DNA of 64,000 nucleotides from an uncultured Chloroflexia bacterium. GTDB taxonomy: Bacteria; Chloroflexota; Limnocylindria; Limnocylindrales; CSP1-4. A model generated the notes under the pieces. It did no database searches, was not told where the DNA came from, and saw only the letters and a list, made by a program, of their open reading frames with translations. The stretch is taken from NCBI GenBank assembly GCA_963844945.1, contig CAWJQZ010000046.1, positions 152,000-215,999 of the forward strand, written 5' to 3'. Positions 37,104 to 47,853 of the stretch are shown here, piece by piece. Position 1 is the first letter of the stretch; every line of letters starts with the position of its first letter. Made by a program: the position numbers and the translations under genes.

Positions 37104-38778
37104 GTGACGCGCCGGCGGACCGTCGTCGCGGCAGCGGTCGTCGGCGTCGCCGCGGTCGCGGTGACCGCCGTCGTGGCCGGGACGCTGCTGCTCACCGGCG
37201 GCGGGGTCACGCCCGACGACGGCGCTCGGGGCACCGCGGTTCGTCGACGAGACGGCGACGGCCGGGATCGACACGTCCTACGACGGCCCCATCGTGTACG
37301 CGACCGGCGGCGGCCTCGCGACCCTCGACTGCGACGAGGACGGACGGCCGGACCTGTATGTCGCCGGCGGCGCGGGCCCCGCGGCGCTCTACCGGAACAC
37401 GAGCCCGACCGGCGGTGCGCTCCGGTTCGCGCGGATCGCCGACGCGTCCACGGACATGACGGGCGTCCTCGGCGCGTACCCGCTCGACGTGGACGGCGAC
37501 GGCCACGCCGACCTCGCCGTCCTGCGCGCGGGCGAGACCGTCCTGCTCCGCGGCCTCGGCGGCTGCCGCTTCGAGCGCGCGAACGAGGCCTGGGGGTTCG
37601 ACGGCGGGACGAACGCCGACACGACCGCCTTCTCGGCGACGTGGGAGGGCGCGAACGCGTTCCCGACGCTCGCGCTCGGCCGGTACCTGAAGCTCGACGC
37701 GCAGGGTGACCAGACGCTCGACTGCGACACCAGCCTCCTCGTGCGGCCGGCCGCGTCGGGGGCCGGGTACGGGGCCGCGACGGAGCTCGCGCCCGGCTAC
37801 TGCCCGCTGTCCATGCTGTTCAGCGACTGGGACGGCTCCGGCCGGCGCGACCTCCGCGTGACGAACGACCGCAACTACTACCGCGACGGCACGGACCAGC
37901 TCTGGCGGATCGCGCCGGGCGAGGCGCCGCACGCCTACACCACGGACGAGGGATGGATCCCGCTCCAGGTCTCGGGGATGGGGATCGGCGAGGCCGACGT
38001 CTCCGGCAGCGGCTACCCGGACTACGTCATCACGAGCCAGGGCGACAACAAGGTGCAGGCCCTCAAGGCCGGGCCCGCGCAGCCGTCCTACCGGGACATC
38101 GCGAACAGGCTCGGCGCTGACGGCTGCCCAGCCGTCGTCCGGCGGCGAGACGCTGCCGTCGACCGCGTGGCATCCCGCGCTCGTCGACGTGAACGACGAC
38201 GGCTTCACGGACCTCCTCCTGACCAAGGGGAACGTCTCGGCCGAGCCGGGCTTCGCGACGAAGGACCCGAGCGACCTCTTCCTCGGCCAGCCGACCGGGT
38301 CCTGGGTCCAGGCGGCAGAGGAGGCGGGGATCGTGGACTTCGCCCGCGGGCGCGGGGCGTCGGTCGCGGACTTCAACCTCGACGGCCTCCCCGATCTCGT
38401 GGAGGTCTTCTACGGCGCCCCGGTCAAGGCCTGGCGCAACGTGGGGTCCGGGCGACGCCGTCGACGCCGAAGGCGATGGGCCACTGGCTGGAGCTGCGGC
38501 TCTCGCAGCCCGCCCCGAACCCCGACGCGATCGGCGCGTGGGTCGAGGTGAAGATCGGCGAGACGACGCTCCGGCGCGAGGTGACCGTGGGCGGCGGCCA
38601 TGCGAGCGGCGCGCTCGGGTGGCTCCACTTCGGCCTGGGGCCGTCGACGAAGGCGCAGGTCCGCGTACAGTGGCCGGACGGCACATGGGGTCCGTGGGCG
38701 GACGTCGCGGCGGACGGGTTCTACGACATCGAGCGCGGGTCGGCCGGGCCCCGCGCATGGACGCCGCCCGCGAGCTGA
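37104..38778 (+). pseudogene. CRTAC1-family protein (FG-GAP/VCBS repeats plus ASPIC/UnbV C-domain), 3 frame disruptions as assembled
   Basis: GTG 37104, signal/TM VVAAAVVGVAAVAVTAVVAG. FG-GAP-like DCDEDGRPDLYVAGG, DVDGDGHADLAVL, SDWDGSGRRDLRV (ORF 37294..38778). VDVNDDGFTDLLLTKG, ADFNLDGLPDLVEV (ORF 38189..38551). ASPIC/UnbV tail HWLELRLSQPAPNPDAIGAWVEVKIGETTLRREVTVGGGHASGALGWLHFGLG. Shifts near 37228, 38110 and 38448. Confidence 0.7.
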
Positions 38779-38850
38779 CGCGGCGCGGGGCCGCGGGCCG
38801 GTGCGGTACCGGGTCGACGGGGGACGAGCGACGACGGCTGGAGGCGACCG

Positions 38851-40227
38851 ATGACGAAGGCGCGGGTGGCGCGGATCGACCTTCCGGACTTCGGGGTGCC
38901 GGCGACGCGGCCGGAGATCCCCGCGGCCCTGTACGCGGCGCGCCTGGACGCGCTCCGCGCCCGGGCGGCGGAGCGCGGGTACGACCGCCTCGTGGTGTAC
39001 GCGGATCGCGAGCACGCGGCGAACCTCTCGTGGCTGACGGGCTTCGACCCGCGGTTCGAGGAGGCGATCCTCATCGTCGGGCAGGAGACGAAGCCGGCGC
39101 TCCTCGCGGGCAACGAGTGCATGGGCACGGCCGCCGCCGCGCCGCTCCCCGTGCGCGCGATCCTCTTCCAGGACCTGAGCCTCCCCTCGCAGCCGCGCGA
39201 CCGGTCGCGGCCGCTCGCGGCGATCCTCGCGGACGAGGGGATCGGCCGCGGCACGAAGGTGGGCGTCATCGGCTGGAAGCCGTTCACGTTCCGGACGATG
39301 CTCGACATCCCGTCGTACCTCGCGGACGAGCTCCGCCGCGTGACGGGGTCCACCGACCTCGTCGAGAACGCGGTCGACCTCCTCATCGACCCCGTCGACG
39401 GCCTGCGGACGGTCAACGAGGTGGACCAGCTCGCGGCGATGGAGGCGGCCTCCTGCCGGACGTCGCAGGGCGTGCTGGACCTGCTCCGGGGGCTCCGGCC
39501 CGGCATGACGGAGCGCGAGGCCGTCCGGCTTCTCGGGTGGGACGGGACGCCCCTGAGCTGCCACGTGATGCTGACGGCCGGGCCGCGTGCCCGGTTCGGG
39601 CTCCTGAGCCCGTCCGACCGGCCGATCGAGCGCGGCGACCCTTTCACGACCGCGTTCGGGATCCTGGGCGCGCTGACGTGCCGCGCCGGGTGGGCGGTGG
39701 AGTCGGCGGACGAGCTGCCCGCCGGCATCCGCGACTACGTGGACCGGCTCGTCGGGCCGTACTTCGAGGCCGTCGCGGAGTGGTACGGGGCGCTGCGGGT
39801 CGGCGTGGCCGGCGGCACGCTCTTCGAGATCGTCGCGCGCCGCCTCGGGGACCCGTTCTTCGGCATCTTCCTGAACCCCGGCCACCTCATCGGCCTCGAC
39901 GAGTGGATCAGCTCGCCGATCGCCGCGGGCTCGCAGGTCGAGCTCCGCTCCGGGATGGCGCTGCAGGTGGACATCATCCCGGCGACCGGCACCGACTACT
40001 TCACGTCGAACATCGAGGACGGTCTCGCGCTCGCCGACGGCGCCCTGCGGGAGGCGTTCGCCCGCGCATACCCGGAGGCGTGGGGGCGCATCCAGGGCCG
40101 GCGGCGCTTCATGGCGGATGCGCTCGGGATCGAGCTGCACCCGGACGTGCTGCCGTTCTCGAACATCCCGGCGTACCTGCCGCCGTTCGTGCTGGCGCCG
40201 GATCGCGTGATGACGCTCGCCGGCTGA
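38851..40227 (+). CDS. M24-family (creatinase/Xaa-Pro peptidase-like) protein
   Basis: Intact 458-aa track ORF. Creatinase-like N-domain (YDRLVVYADREHAANLSWLTGFDPRFEEAILIV) and pita-bread-like C-domain. Metal ligands not verified. Confidence 0.6.
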   Translation: MTKARVARIDLPDFGVPATRPEIPAALYAARLDALRARAAERGYDRLVVYADREHAANLSWLTGFDPRFEEAILIVGQETKPALLAGNECMGTAAAAPLPVRAILFQDLSLPSQPRDRSRPLAAILADEGIGRGTKVGVIGWKPFTFRTMLDIPSYLADELRRVTGSTDLVENAVDLLIDPVDGLRTVNEVDQLAAMEAASCRTSQGVLDLLRGLRPGMTEREAVRLLGWDGTPLSCHVMLTAGPRARFGLLSPSDRPIERGDPFTTAFGILGALTCRAGWAVESADELPAGIRDYVDRLVGPYFEAVAEWYGALRVGVAGGTLFEIVARRLGDPFFGIFLNPGHLIGLDEWISSPIAAGSQVELRSGMALQVDIIPATGTDYFTSNIEDGLALADGALREAFARAYPEAWGRIQGRRRFMADALGIELHPDVLPFSNIPAYLPPFVLAPDRVMTLAG

Positions 40228-40359
40228 CGGGCGCGGCGGGCGCGCGCCGGCGGGGGCGCGACGGCGCTGCGGGGCTGAGGCGGGACCGGCGGCCCGCGTG
40301 GTGTCGGCTCAGGCGCGTCCCACCCTGCCCCGCCCTCGCGGCCGGGCTCCGGCCCCGGC

Positions 40360-40701
40360 TCAGGTCGCGACGCGGATCTCCAGGATCGCCAGCTCGGGCT
40401 CCGGCGGCAACGGCGAGAGCGCGCCGCACGACGGGCAGATCGCCAGTGCGCCCGGGACGATGTCGTCGTGGCCGAGCGGACCGTCGAACCCGCACGCGCA
40501 CGCGAGGCGGATGTCGAACGGCTCCACGTCGAGGACCGCGTCGGCGAGCGGGCCCCCCGTGGTGAGCATCGTCCATGCCTGCTCGAGCACGCCGTCCGGG
40601 ATCGTCGTCGCCCGGCGGACGCGGACGCTCTCCACGACCCGCCCGTCCGCGCTCCGCTCCACGATCCCCACGAGCTCCTCGACGAGCGCGACCTCATGCA
40701 C
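40360..40701 (-). CDS. hypA: Hydrogenase nickel-insertion protein HypA
   Basis: Intact 113-aa track ORF. MHEVALVEELV N-terminus and zinc motif CACG...CPSCG. Confidence 0.85.
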   Translation of the reverse strand: MHEVALVEELVGIVERSADGRVVESVRVRRATTIPDGVLEQAWTMLTTGGPLADAVLDVEPFDIRLACACGFDGPLGHDDIVPGALAICPSCGALSPLPPEPELAILEIRVAT

Positions 40702-41295
40702 GGCGGTATCTCGCGACGATCGCGGCGACCTCGTCGACGACGCGCGGCACCGCCGCGACGACCGCCGGCGACGGGTCGTCGCCCAGCTCGAGCGCGACCG
40801 CGCCCACGCTCACGATCGACGACCTCGGGCTCGGCGCCCCACAGCTCGTGCGCGAGCGCGGCGAGCGCCGCCGGGTCGACGTGGTGGGAGGTGGACCCTC
40901 CCGCCGCGAGCGCGCCCGGCGGGTCGCGCTGCCACTCCCCCGCTCGCCCCGCGCCGGGGCCGGCCCGCCGTCCCGTCCGCCGCGGGCCTGCCGGCGAGGT
41001 GCCGGACCTCGATGGCACCCGCGTCGTGGCCGGCCTCCGCGTCCACGAGGACGACGAGGCCCGCGCCGCGCATGTCGTCGGAGAGCTCGGGCGTGAGCTG
41101 CCGGACGGCGAGGATCGTGGCCCCGCGGAGGCGCGGATCCCCGGACATCCGCGACGCGGCGAGGAGGCCCACCGCGTCGTCGCCGCACATCTCGTTGCCG
41201 TAGCCCACGACGAGGACGCCGGCCGCGGGCGCGGCGTCCCGCGGAACGGGAGCGGGCACGTCGCCCGCGCCCGCTCCGCCCCGGAGGTCCGTCAC
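40694..41295 (-). CDS. hoxW: Hydrogenase maturation endopeptidase (HoxW/HycI family); 2 apparent frameshifts
   Basis: GTG 41295 overlaps the hoxH stop (GTGA). VLVVGYGNEMCGDDAVGLLAA...LVVLVDA (frame of ORF 40810..42714), GGSTSHHVDPAALAALAHELWG (ORF 39996..41018), IVSVGAVALELGDDPSPAVVAAVPRVVDEV (ORF 40694..41188). Confidence 0.7.
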
Positions 41296-42714
41296 CGCGC
41301 GATCTCGTCGAGCACCGCGCCGTCCGGCGCGAGGAGCTGGATCCGCAGCGCCATCTGCCCGAGCGCGTGCGTGGAGCACGAGAGGCACGGGTCGTAGCAG
41401 CGGATCACCGCCTCGACGCGGTTGAGCATCGGCTCGGTGATCGTCTCCCCCTTCACGTGATGCCGCGCGACCTGGAGGACCGCGCGGTTCATCGCCATGT
41501 TGTTGTGGCCCGTCGCGATGACGAGGTTCGCCCACTCGACGATCCCGTCGTCGTCGACGCGGTAGTGGTGCATGAGCGTCCCGCGCGGCGCCTCGGAGAC
41601 GCCGATCCCCTCGTTGCGGTTGATGCCCGCGTACGAGCGGACGTGCTTGTCGAGGATGTCCGGGCCGCGGAGGAGCTCCTCGATCTTCTCGATCGCGTGG
41701 AGCGTGTCGATGAGGCGCGCGTAGTGGTAGTGGAAGGAGGAGCCGGCGACCCGGCCGACGCGCCAGCGGAACTTCTCCAGCTCCTCGTCGGCGCGGGGCG
41801 TGCCGGTGCGCTCGGCGACGTTGAGCCGGGCGAGCGGGCCCACGCGGTAGATGCCGTCGGGGTAGCCCATCGGCTTCCAGTACGTGGACTTCAGGTACGA
41901 CCACGGCTCGACCTTCTCGCCGATGTAGTCGTTGAAGGTCTTGGGGTCCACGCGGTCGGCGAGGTACTTGCCGTCCGCGTCCACGACGCGGAGCCAGCCG
42001 CCGTAGTGGTCCACGTTGCCCTGCCGGTCCACGAGGCCCATGAACGCCGAGCGGAAGTTGCCGAACGTCGCGGCCTCCTCCTCCCAGCGGAGCATGTCGG
42101 ACTTGTACCAGGCGATCGCGCGCTCGGTGGCCGCGATGGCCTCCGGGACCCCGGCGAGGATCCGGTCGCGGATCTCGGCGGTGAGCGGCGTGGTGACGCC
42201 GCCGGGGACGATCCCCTCCGGGATGGATCCGCTTGCCGGCCACCCACTCGATGATCTGCTGGCCCCACTTGCGGAGCCCGATCCCGTCCTTCGCGAGCGC
42301 CGGGTTGGCGCGGGCCACCCCCACGATGTTCCGGACGGCCGGGTCGGCGTCGAAGCCGAAGAGCAGGTCCGGCGACGAGAGGTGGAAGAACGACAGGGCG
42401 TTCGACTGGACGATCTGGCCGAGGTTGATGACGCGGCGGAGGTCGGCGCCGGTGGGCGTCGGCTCGACCGCCATGATGTCGTCGACGGCCTTCGACGACG
42501 CGATCATGTGGCTGACGGGGCAGATCCCGCAGATGCGGGCCATGATCGCCGGCATCTCGTGCACCGGCCGCCCCTGGGTGATGCGCTCGAACCCGCGGAA
42601 CTGCGTCACGTGGAAGTGCGCGTCGGTGACCTCGCCGCGGTCGTCGAGCTGGATCGTGATCTTCGAGTGGCCCTCGATCCGCGTGACGGGATCGATGACG
42701 ACGGTCCTGTTCAT
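41292..42714 (-). CDS. hoxH: NAD-linked bidirectional [NiFe] hydrogenase large subunit (group 3d); 1 apparent frameshift
   Basis: VTRIEGHSKITI and RICGICPVSH (N-part of ORF 40810..42714). C-part is track ORF 41292..42095, ending DPCLSCSTH/ALGQ... (protease cleavage motif). Join near 42224. Confidence 0.9.
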
Positions 42715-42726
42715 CGCATCCTCTCG

Positions 42727-43258
42727 TCAGCGTCCGAACCGGGCGCCGGCCGTCTCGGGGGCGCGCCCGGAGAGCAGGTCGTCGAGCAGCGTGTAGATGA
42801 GGTCCGCGTGGGGCGGACATCCCGGCAGGAAGATGTCCACGTCGACGAACCGGTTGACCGGCTGCGACGTGGGCAGCAGCGGCGGGACGATCCGCGTGGG
42901 CGGGCCGGGGTCGAGCGTCGCGTTCTCCACGTAGGCGCGCTCGAGGAGCGGCGCGACCCCGATCGGGTTCCGCATCCCCGGCACGTTCGACGTGACGGCG
43001 CAGTCCCCGAACGCGATGAGCGTCTTCGTCCGCTCGCGGACGAGCACGGATCCTGTGGAGGTCCTCCTCGCTCGAGACGGCGCCCTCCACGAGGCAGACG
43101 TCCACGTCCTCGGGGAACTCCTTCACGTCCACGAGCGGCCCGTACACGAGGTCCGCGCGCTCGAAGATGTCGAGGAGGCGCTCGTCGAGGTCGATGAGCG
43201 ACATGTGGCAGCCCGAGCAGCCGTCGAGCCAGACGGTGGCGACACGCGGCTTGCTCAC
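42727..43258 (-). CDS. hoxY: [NiFe] hydrogenase small subunit (group 3d); 1 apparent frameshift
   Basis: GTG 43258 overlaps the hoxU stop. [30 protein letters not shown] (frame of ORF 41891..43528) plus track ORF 42727..43047 (IAFGDCAVTSNVPGMRN...FLPGCPP). Join near 43050. Confidence 0.85.
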
Positions 43259-43968
43259 AGTCCACGCTCCTCGGCGACGACCTTCATCCACGGGAGGAAC
43301 GGCCGTCGCGTCTTGCTGCCGCGCGCGACCGCGCGGCCCTTCTCGAAGAGCGCCCCGGTCGGGCAGACCTGGACGCACTTCCCGCAGCTGGTGCAGGTGG
43401 TGGACTCGCCCCACGGGATCCCCATGTCCGTCTGGACCCGGGTCTCGAGGCCGCGGTGCATGACGTCCCAGGTGTGCGCGCCCTCGATCTCGTCGCAGAC
43501 GCGGACGCACCGGAGGCAGAGGATGCACCGGTTGTGGTCGATCGCGAAGAGCCGGTGGCTCGCGTCGATGTCCACCTTGGGGCTGATGCGGGGGAGGTCG
43601 AAGTGGGTGAGGCCCAGCTCCTCCGCCGTGTCCTGCAGCTCGCAGTGGTTGTTCGCCACGCAGACCGCGCAGACGTGGTTGCGCTCCATGAACATCATCT
43701 CGGTGATCGTCCGCCGGTACTCCGTGAGCGCATCGGAGTGGGCGATGACCTGCATCCCCTCCGCGATCTGCGTGACGCAGGCCGCGGCGAGCTTGGGCGA
43801 TCCGGCGATCTCCACGACGCAGAGCCGGCAGGCGCCGCGGTCGTGGATCCCCTCGAGGTGGCAGAGCCCCGGGATGTCGATCCCGTTCTCCTCGGCGACG
43901 TCCATGATCGTCTGGCCGTCGGATCCAGCGACGTCCTTCCCGTCGATGGTCAGCGTGTAGACGCTCAT
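43255..43968 (-). CDS. hoxU: Hydrogenase diaphorase Fe-S subunit (NuoG-like)
   Basis: Tail of ORF 43255..45423 from ATG 43968: [37 protein letters not shown]...[50 protein letters not shown]. Confidence 0.9.
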   Translation of the reverse strand: MSVYTLTIDGKDVAGSDGQTIMDVAEENGIDIPGLCHLEGIHDRGACRLCVVEIAGSPKLAAACVTQIAEGMQVIAHSDALTEYRRTITEMMFMERNHVCAVCVANNHCELQDTAEELGLTHFDLPRISPKVDIDASHRLFAIDHNRCILCLRCVRVCDEIEGAHTWDVMHRGLETRVQTDMGIPWGESTTCTSCGKCVQVCPTGALFEKGRAVARGSKTRRPFLPWMKVVAEERGL

Positions 43969-45614
43969 GCCATCACCTCCGCCGGCTGCTCGATCGAACA
44001 GACGCCGGCCGGGCACCTCTTCTCCACGATGTGGGCGAGGTACTCGTCCCGGAAGTAGCGCAGCGTGCTGAAGATCGGGTTGGGGGCTCCCTGCCCGAGG
44101 CCGCAGAGGGACGTCCGCTGGACGATGCCCGCCAGGCGCTCGAGCTGCGCGAGGTCGATGAGGTCGGCCTTCCCGCGCGTGATCCGGTCCAGGAGCATCC
44201 ACATCTGCGTGGTGCCCACCCGGCAGGGCGTGCACTTCCCGCACGACTCGTCGCGGCAGAAGTCCTGGAAGTACTTCGCCACGTCCACCATGCAGGAGGT
44301 GTCGTCCATGACGATCATCCCGCCCGAGCCCATGAAGGACCCGAGCTCGATGAGCGACTCGTAGGTGACCGACGTGTCGAGGTGCTCGGCCGGGATGCAG
44401 CCGCCGGACGGGCCGCCGGTCTGGACCGCCTTGAACGGGCGGTCGTCGATGATCCCGCCGCCGATGTCGTAGATGATCTCCCGGAGGGTCGTCCCCATCG
44501 GGACCTCGACGAGGCCGGTGTTCACGATGCGGCCAGCGAGTGCGAAGACCTTGGTGCCCTTGCTCTTGCCGACGCCGATCCCGGCGTACCACTCGGCGCC
44601 CTTCCGGATGATCGGCGCGACGCTCGCGAACGTCTCGACGTTGTTGATGAGCGTGGGGCAGTCGAAGAGCCCGGAGACCGCCGGGTACGGCGGCCGCGGG
44701 CGCGGCGTCCCGCGCCGGCCCTCGACCGACGCGATGAGCGCGGTCTCCTCGCCGCAGACGAACGCGCCGGCGCCGAGCCGGATCTGGACGTCGAAGTTGA
44801 AGGAGGTCTCCAGGATCCCCTGCCCCAGGTACCCGGCGCGCTGTGCGAGGCGGATCGCATTGCGGAGGCGGGCGACCGCGAGCGGGTACTCGGCCCGGCA
44901 GTAGATGTAGCCCTCGGTGGCGTGGACGGCGAACGCCGCGATCGCCATCCCCTCGAGGACGCGGAACGGGTCGCTCTCCAGGACGCTGCGGTCCATGAAC
45001 GCGCCGGGGTCGCCCTCGTCGGCGTTGCAGATGACGTACTTCTGGGTGCCCTGCGCCTTCGCGACCGTCGTCCACTTCAGGCCGGTGGGGAACCCTGCGC
45101 CCCCGCGGCCGCGGAGGCCGCTGCTCGTGACCTGCTCGCGGACCTCCGTCGAGGTCATCTCGGAGAGGACGCGGCGGAGCGCCTCGAAGCCGCCCCGGTC
45201 CACGTAGTCGTCGAGGCTCTCGGGATCCACGCGCCCGAAGTTCTCGGTCGCGACGCGGAGCTGCTTCTCGAAGAACGGGCCCAGCGGCCCCGGGACGTCG
45301 TCCTCCTTCACGTCGCGGAGCGCCGCGACGATCGGCTCGACGCCGTCCGGGCCGACGCGCTCGAAGAGCCTGCCCGTCTCGGCGATCTCGACGAGCGGGC
45401 CCGCGGCGCACAGCCCCAGGCACCCCACGCGCTTGATCTCGACGTCGGCCATGCCGGCCTCGGCCGCGAGCTCGCGGAGGCGCACCGTGATGTCATGGGA
45501 CTGGAGGGAGAGGCAGCTCGCCGCCTCGCAGACGTACGCGGTGGCGCGCGCCGGCTCCTCGGAGATCTCCTCGGTGATCACGCGGCGGCGGACCGGCCGC
45601 CCCGCGGCGGGCAT
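43965..45614 (-). CDS. hoxF: Hydrogenase diaphorase NAD(P)H/FMN-binding subunit (NuoF-like)
   Basis: Within intact track ORF 43965..45854, start ATG 45614. [45 protein letters not shown]. Confidence 0.9.
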   Translation of the reverse strand: MPAAGRPVRRRVITEEISEEPARATAYVCEAASCLSLQSHDITVRLRELAAEAGMADVEIKRVGCLGLCAAGPLVEIAETGRLFERVGPDGVEPIVAALRDVKEDDVPGPLGPFFEKQLRVATENFGRVDPESLDDYVDRGGFEALRRVLSEMTSTEVREQVTSSGLRGRGGAGFPTGLKWTTVAKAQGTQKYVICNADEGDPGAFMDRSVLESDPFRVLEGMAIAAFAVHATEGYIYCRAEYPLAVARLRNAIRLAQRAGYLGQGILETSFNFDVQIRLGAGAFVCGEETALIASVEGRRGTPRPRPPYPAVSGLFDCPTLINNVETFASVAPIIRKGAEWYAGIGVGKSKGTKVFALAGRIVNTGLVEVPMGTTLREIIYDIGGGIIDDRPFKAVQTGGPSGGCIPAEHLDTSVTYESLIELGSFMGSGGMIVMDDTSCMVDVAKYFQDFCRDESCGKCTPCRVGTTQMWMLLDRITRGKADLIDLAQLERLAGIVQRTSLCGLGQGAPNPIFSTLRYFRDEYLAHIVEKRCPAGVCSIEQPAEVMA

Positions 45615-45619
45615 CTCGC

Positions 45620-46111
45620 TCACATCGCCTCCAGTCGCGCGACCAGGTCGGCCGCGCCCACCTTGCCCTGGACCTCGCCGTCGACGATGACGGCCGGAGC
45701 CAGGCTGCACGCACCGAGGCAGCGCGCGGTCAGGAGCGAGAGCTTGCCGTCGGCGGTCGTCTCCTTCGGCTTCACGCCGAGGGACCGGTCGAGGCCGGCG
45801 AGGATCTCCTTCGCCCCGTTGATGTAGCAGGCCGTCCCCGTGCACACGACGCACGTGTGCTCGCCCTGCGGCTTGAGCGTGAAGAACGAGTAGAACGTCG
45901 CGACGCCGTAGACGCGGGAGTGCGGCACGCCCAGCGTGTCGCCGACGAAGTTCAGCGCGTCGTCGTCGAGGTACCCGAAGGCTTCCTGCGCCGCGTGGAG
46001 CGCCTCGATGAGCGCGTACGGCCGGTCGCCGAGGCGACGCATGCGCGTCTCGACGATCTTCCAGCGCTTGTCGTCGCTCGGCGCGGATGGCTTGGCGTAC
46101 CGGATGGGCAT
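45620..46111 (-). CDS. hoxE: Hydrogenase diaphorase [2Fe-2S] subunit (NuoE-like)
   Basis: GGAGGA lies 7 nt before ATG 46111. This is the tail of ORF 45620..47053: [21 protein letters not shown]...[18 protein letters not shown]...[17 protein letters not shown]. Confidence 0.85.
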   Translation of the reverse strand: MPIRYAKPSAPSDDKRWKIVETRMRRLGDRPYALIEALHAAQEAFGYLDDDALNFVGDTLGVPHSRVYGVATFYSFFTLKPQGEHTCVVCTGTACYINGAKEILAGLDRSLGVKPKETTADGKLSLLTARCLGACSLAPAVIVDGEVQGKVGAADLVARLEAM

Positions 46112-46236
46112 CCGCCGTCCTCCGATCTCATGACCCGGGGTGCGCCGGGGTCGACCCGGCGCGTGGATGGCTCGTCGGGTGGCGGACCGTGGGGATCGGC
46201 CTGAGCGGTCGGTCCTGTCGGACCCTCCACGGCAAA

Positions 46237-46248
46237 TGGTACATACCA
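46237..46248. promoter_or_regulatory. Palindrome TGGTACATACCA (FadR/GntR-style TGGTA-N2-TACCA) in the hoxE / gad divergent region
   Basis: AT-rich island GGCAAATGGTACATACCAAGTC in otherwise GC-rich spacer, 126 nt upstream of hoxE and 183 nt upstream of gad. Confidence 0.4.
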
Positions 46249-46430
46249 AGTCTGCACGGGTGGAGGGGCCGGTGGTCCCGTCCGGGGGTGCCCCATGGCC
46301 GTCCGCGACACGCGGGACAGGAGCCGTCGGCGGCCCGCTGGCCCGGGTCCGCGGCGGTCGACTAGGCTTCGAGGTCCGGGCCCCGGACAGCGGCGGTCCC
46401 GGCGTGCATGACCGTCGCGGGAGGGACATC

Positions 46431-47808
46431 GTGGCGCTGAAGAAGACGAAGCGCGCGGGGGCGCAGTCGATCGGCGACATCTTCGCCGAGGTGGGCCGCG
46501 CCCCGCGCCACCGGATGCCGGACGACGAGATGGACCCCGAGGTCGCGTACCAGATCGTCCACGACGAGCTGATGCTCGACGGGAACGCGCGTCTCAACCT
46601 CGCGACGTTCGTGGGGACGTGGATGGAGCCGCAGGCGCAGCGCCTGATGGCCGAGACGTTCGACAAGAACATGATCAACAAGGACGAGTACCCGCAGACG
46701 GCCGAGATGGAGATGCGCTGCATCGACATGATCAGCCGCCTCTGGCACGCGCCCGACCCCGACGAGGCCCCGGGCTGCTCGACCACCGGCAGCAGCGAGG
46801 CGGCGATGCTCGGCGGGCTCGCGATGAAGCGCCGCTGGCAGGAGGCGCGGCGCGCCGCGGGCAAGCCGGCCGACCGACCGAACATCGTGATGGGGATCAA
46901 CGTCCAGGTCTGCTGGGAGAAGTTCGCGCGGTACTGGGACGTGGAGCCGCGGACCGTCCCGATGGAGGGCACCCGGTTCCACATCGACCCGGACGCCGCG
47001 GCGGCGCTCTGCGACGAGAACACGATCGGCGTCGTCGCGATCATGGGGTCCACGTACGACGGCTCCTACGAGCCCGTCGAGAAGGTCTGCCGCGCGCTCG
47101 ACCGGCTGCAGGAGGAGACCGGGCTCGACATCCCCGTGCACGTGGACGCCGCGTCGGGTGGGTTCGTCGCGCCGTTCATCGATCCGCAGATCGAGTGGGA
47201 CTTCCGCCAGAAGCGGGTCGTCTCGATCAACGCCTCCGGCCACAAGTACGGCCTCGTCGCGCCCGGCGTGGGCTGGGTGATCTGGCGGGCGGAGGAGTAC
47301 CTGCCGGAGGACCTGATCTTCCAGGTCAACTACCTCGGCGACATCATGCCGACGTTCGCCCTGAACTTCTCCCGCCCCGGCGCCCAGGTGGTCGCGCAGT
47401 ACTACAACTTCATCCGGCTGGGCTTCAAGGGCTACCGGCAGGTCCAGCAGTACGCGCGCGACGTGGCGCGCGACCTCGCGCGCGAGATCGGCCGGCTCGG
47501 GCCGTTCGAGCTGGTCACGATGGCCGCGGACCTCCCGGTCTTCGCGTTCAAGGTCCGCGACGAGATCACGAACTTCAACGTCTTCGACGTCTCCGACGCC
47601 GTGCGTGAGCGCGGCTGGCAGGTGCCCGCGTACACGTTCCCGGCCGAACCGCGAGGACCTCGCGGTGCTCCGGGTCGTGGTCAAGCGGGGGTTCACGCAC
47701 GATGTCGCCGGGCTGTTCATCGCCGACCTGAAGCGGCAGCTGCCGCGGCTGGAGCGCCAGCCGGCGCCGTCGAGCGACGCGGAGCACGGGACCGGCTTCC
47801 GCCACTGA
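46431..47808 (+). CDS. gad: Glutamate decarboxylase (PLP-dependent); 1 apparent frameshift
   Basis: GGAGGG lies 6 nt before GTG 46431 (frame of ORF 46140..49175). LMLDGNARLNLATFVGTWMEPQA, SINASGHKYGLVAPGVGWVIWR (PLP-Lys). The tail NREDLAVLRVVVKRGFTHDVAGLFIADL is in track ORF 47605..47808. Join near 47645. Confidence 0.9.
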
Positions 47809-47853
47809 CGGAGGCCCGCCGGGACGGCGCAGGGGGGACGGAGGGACGACCGG

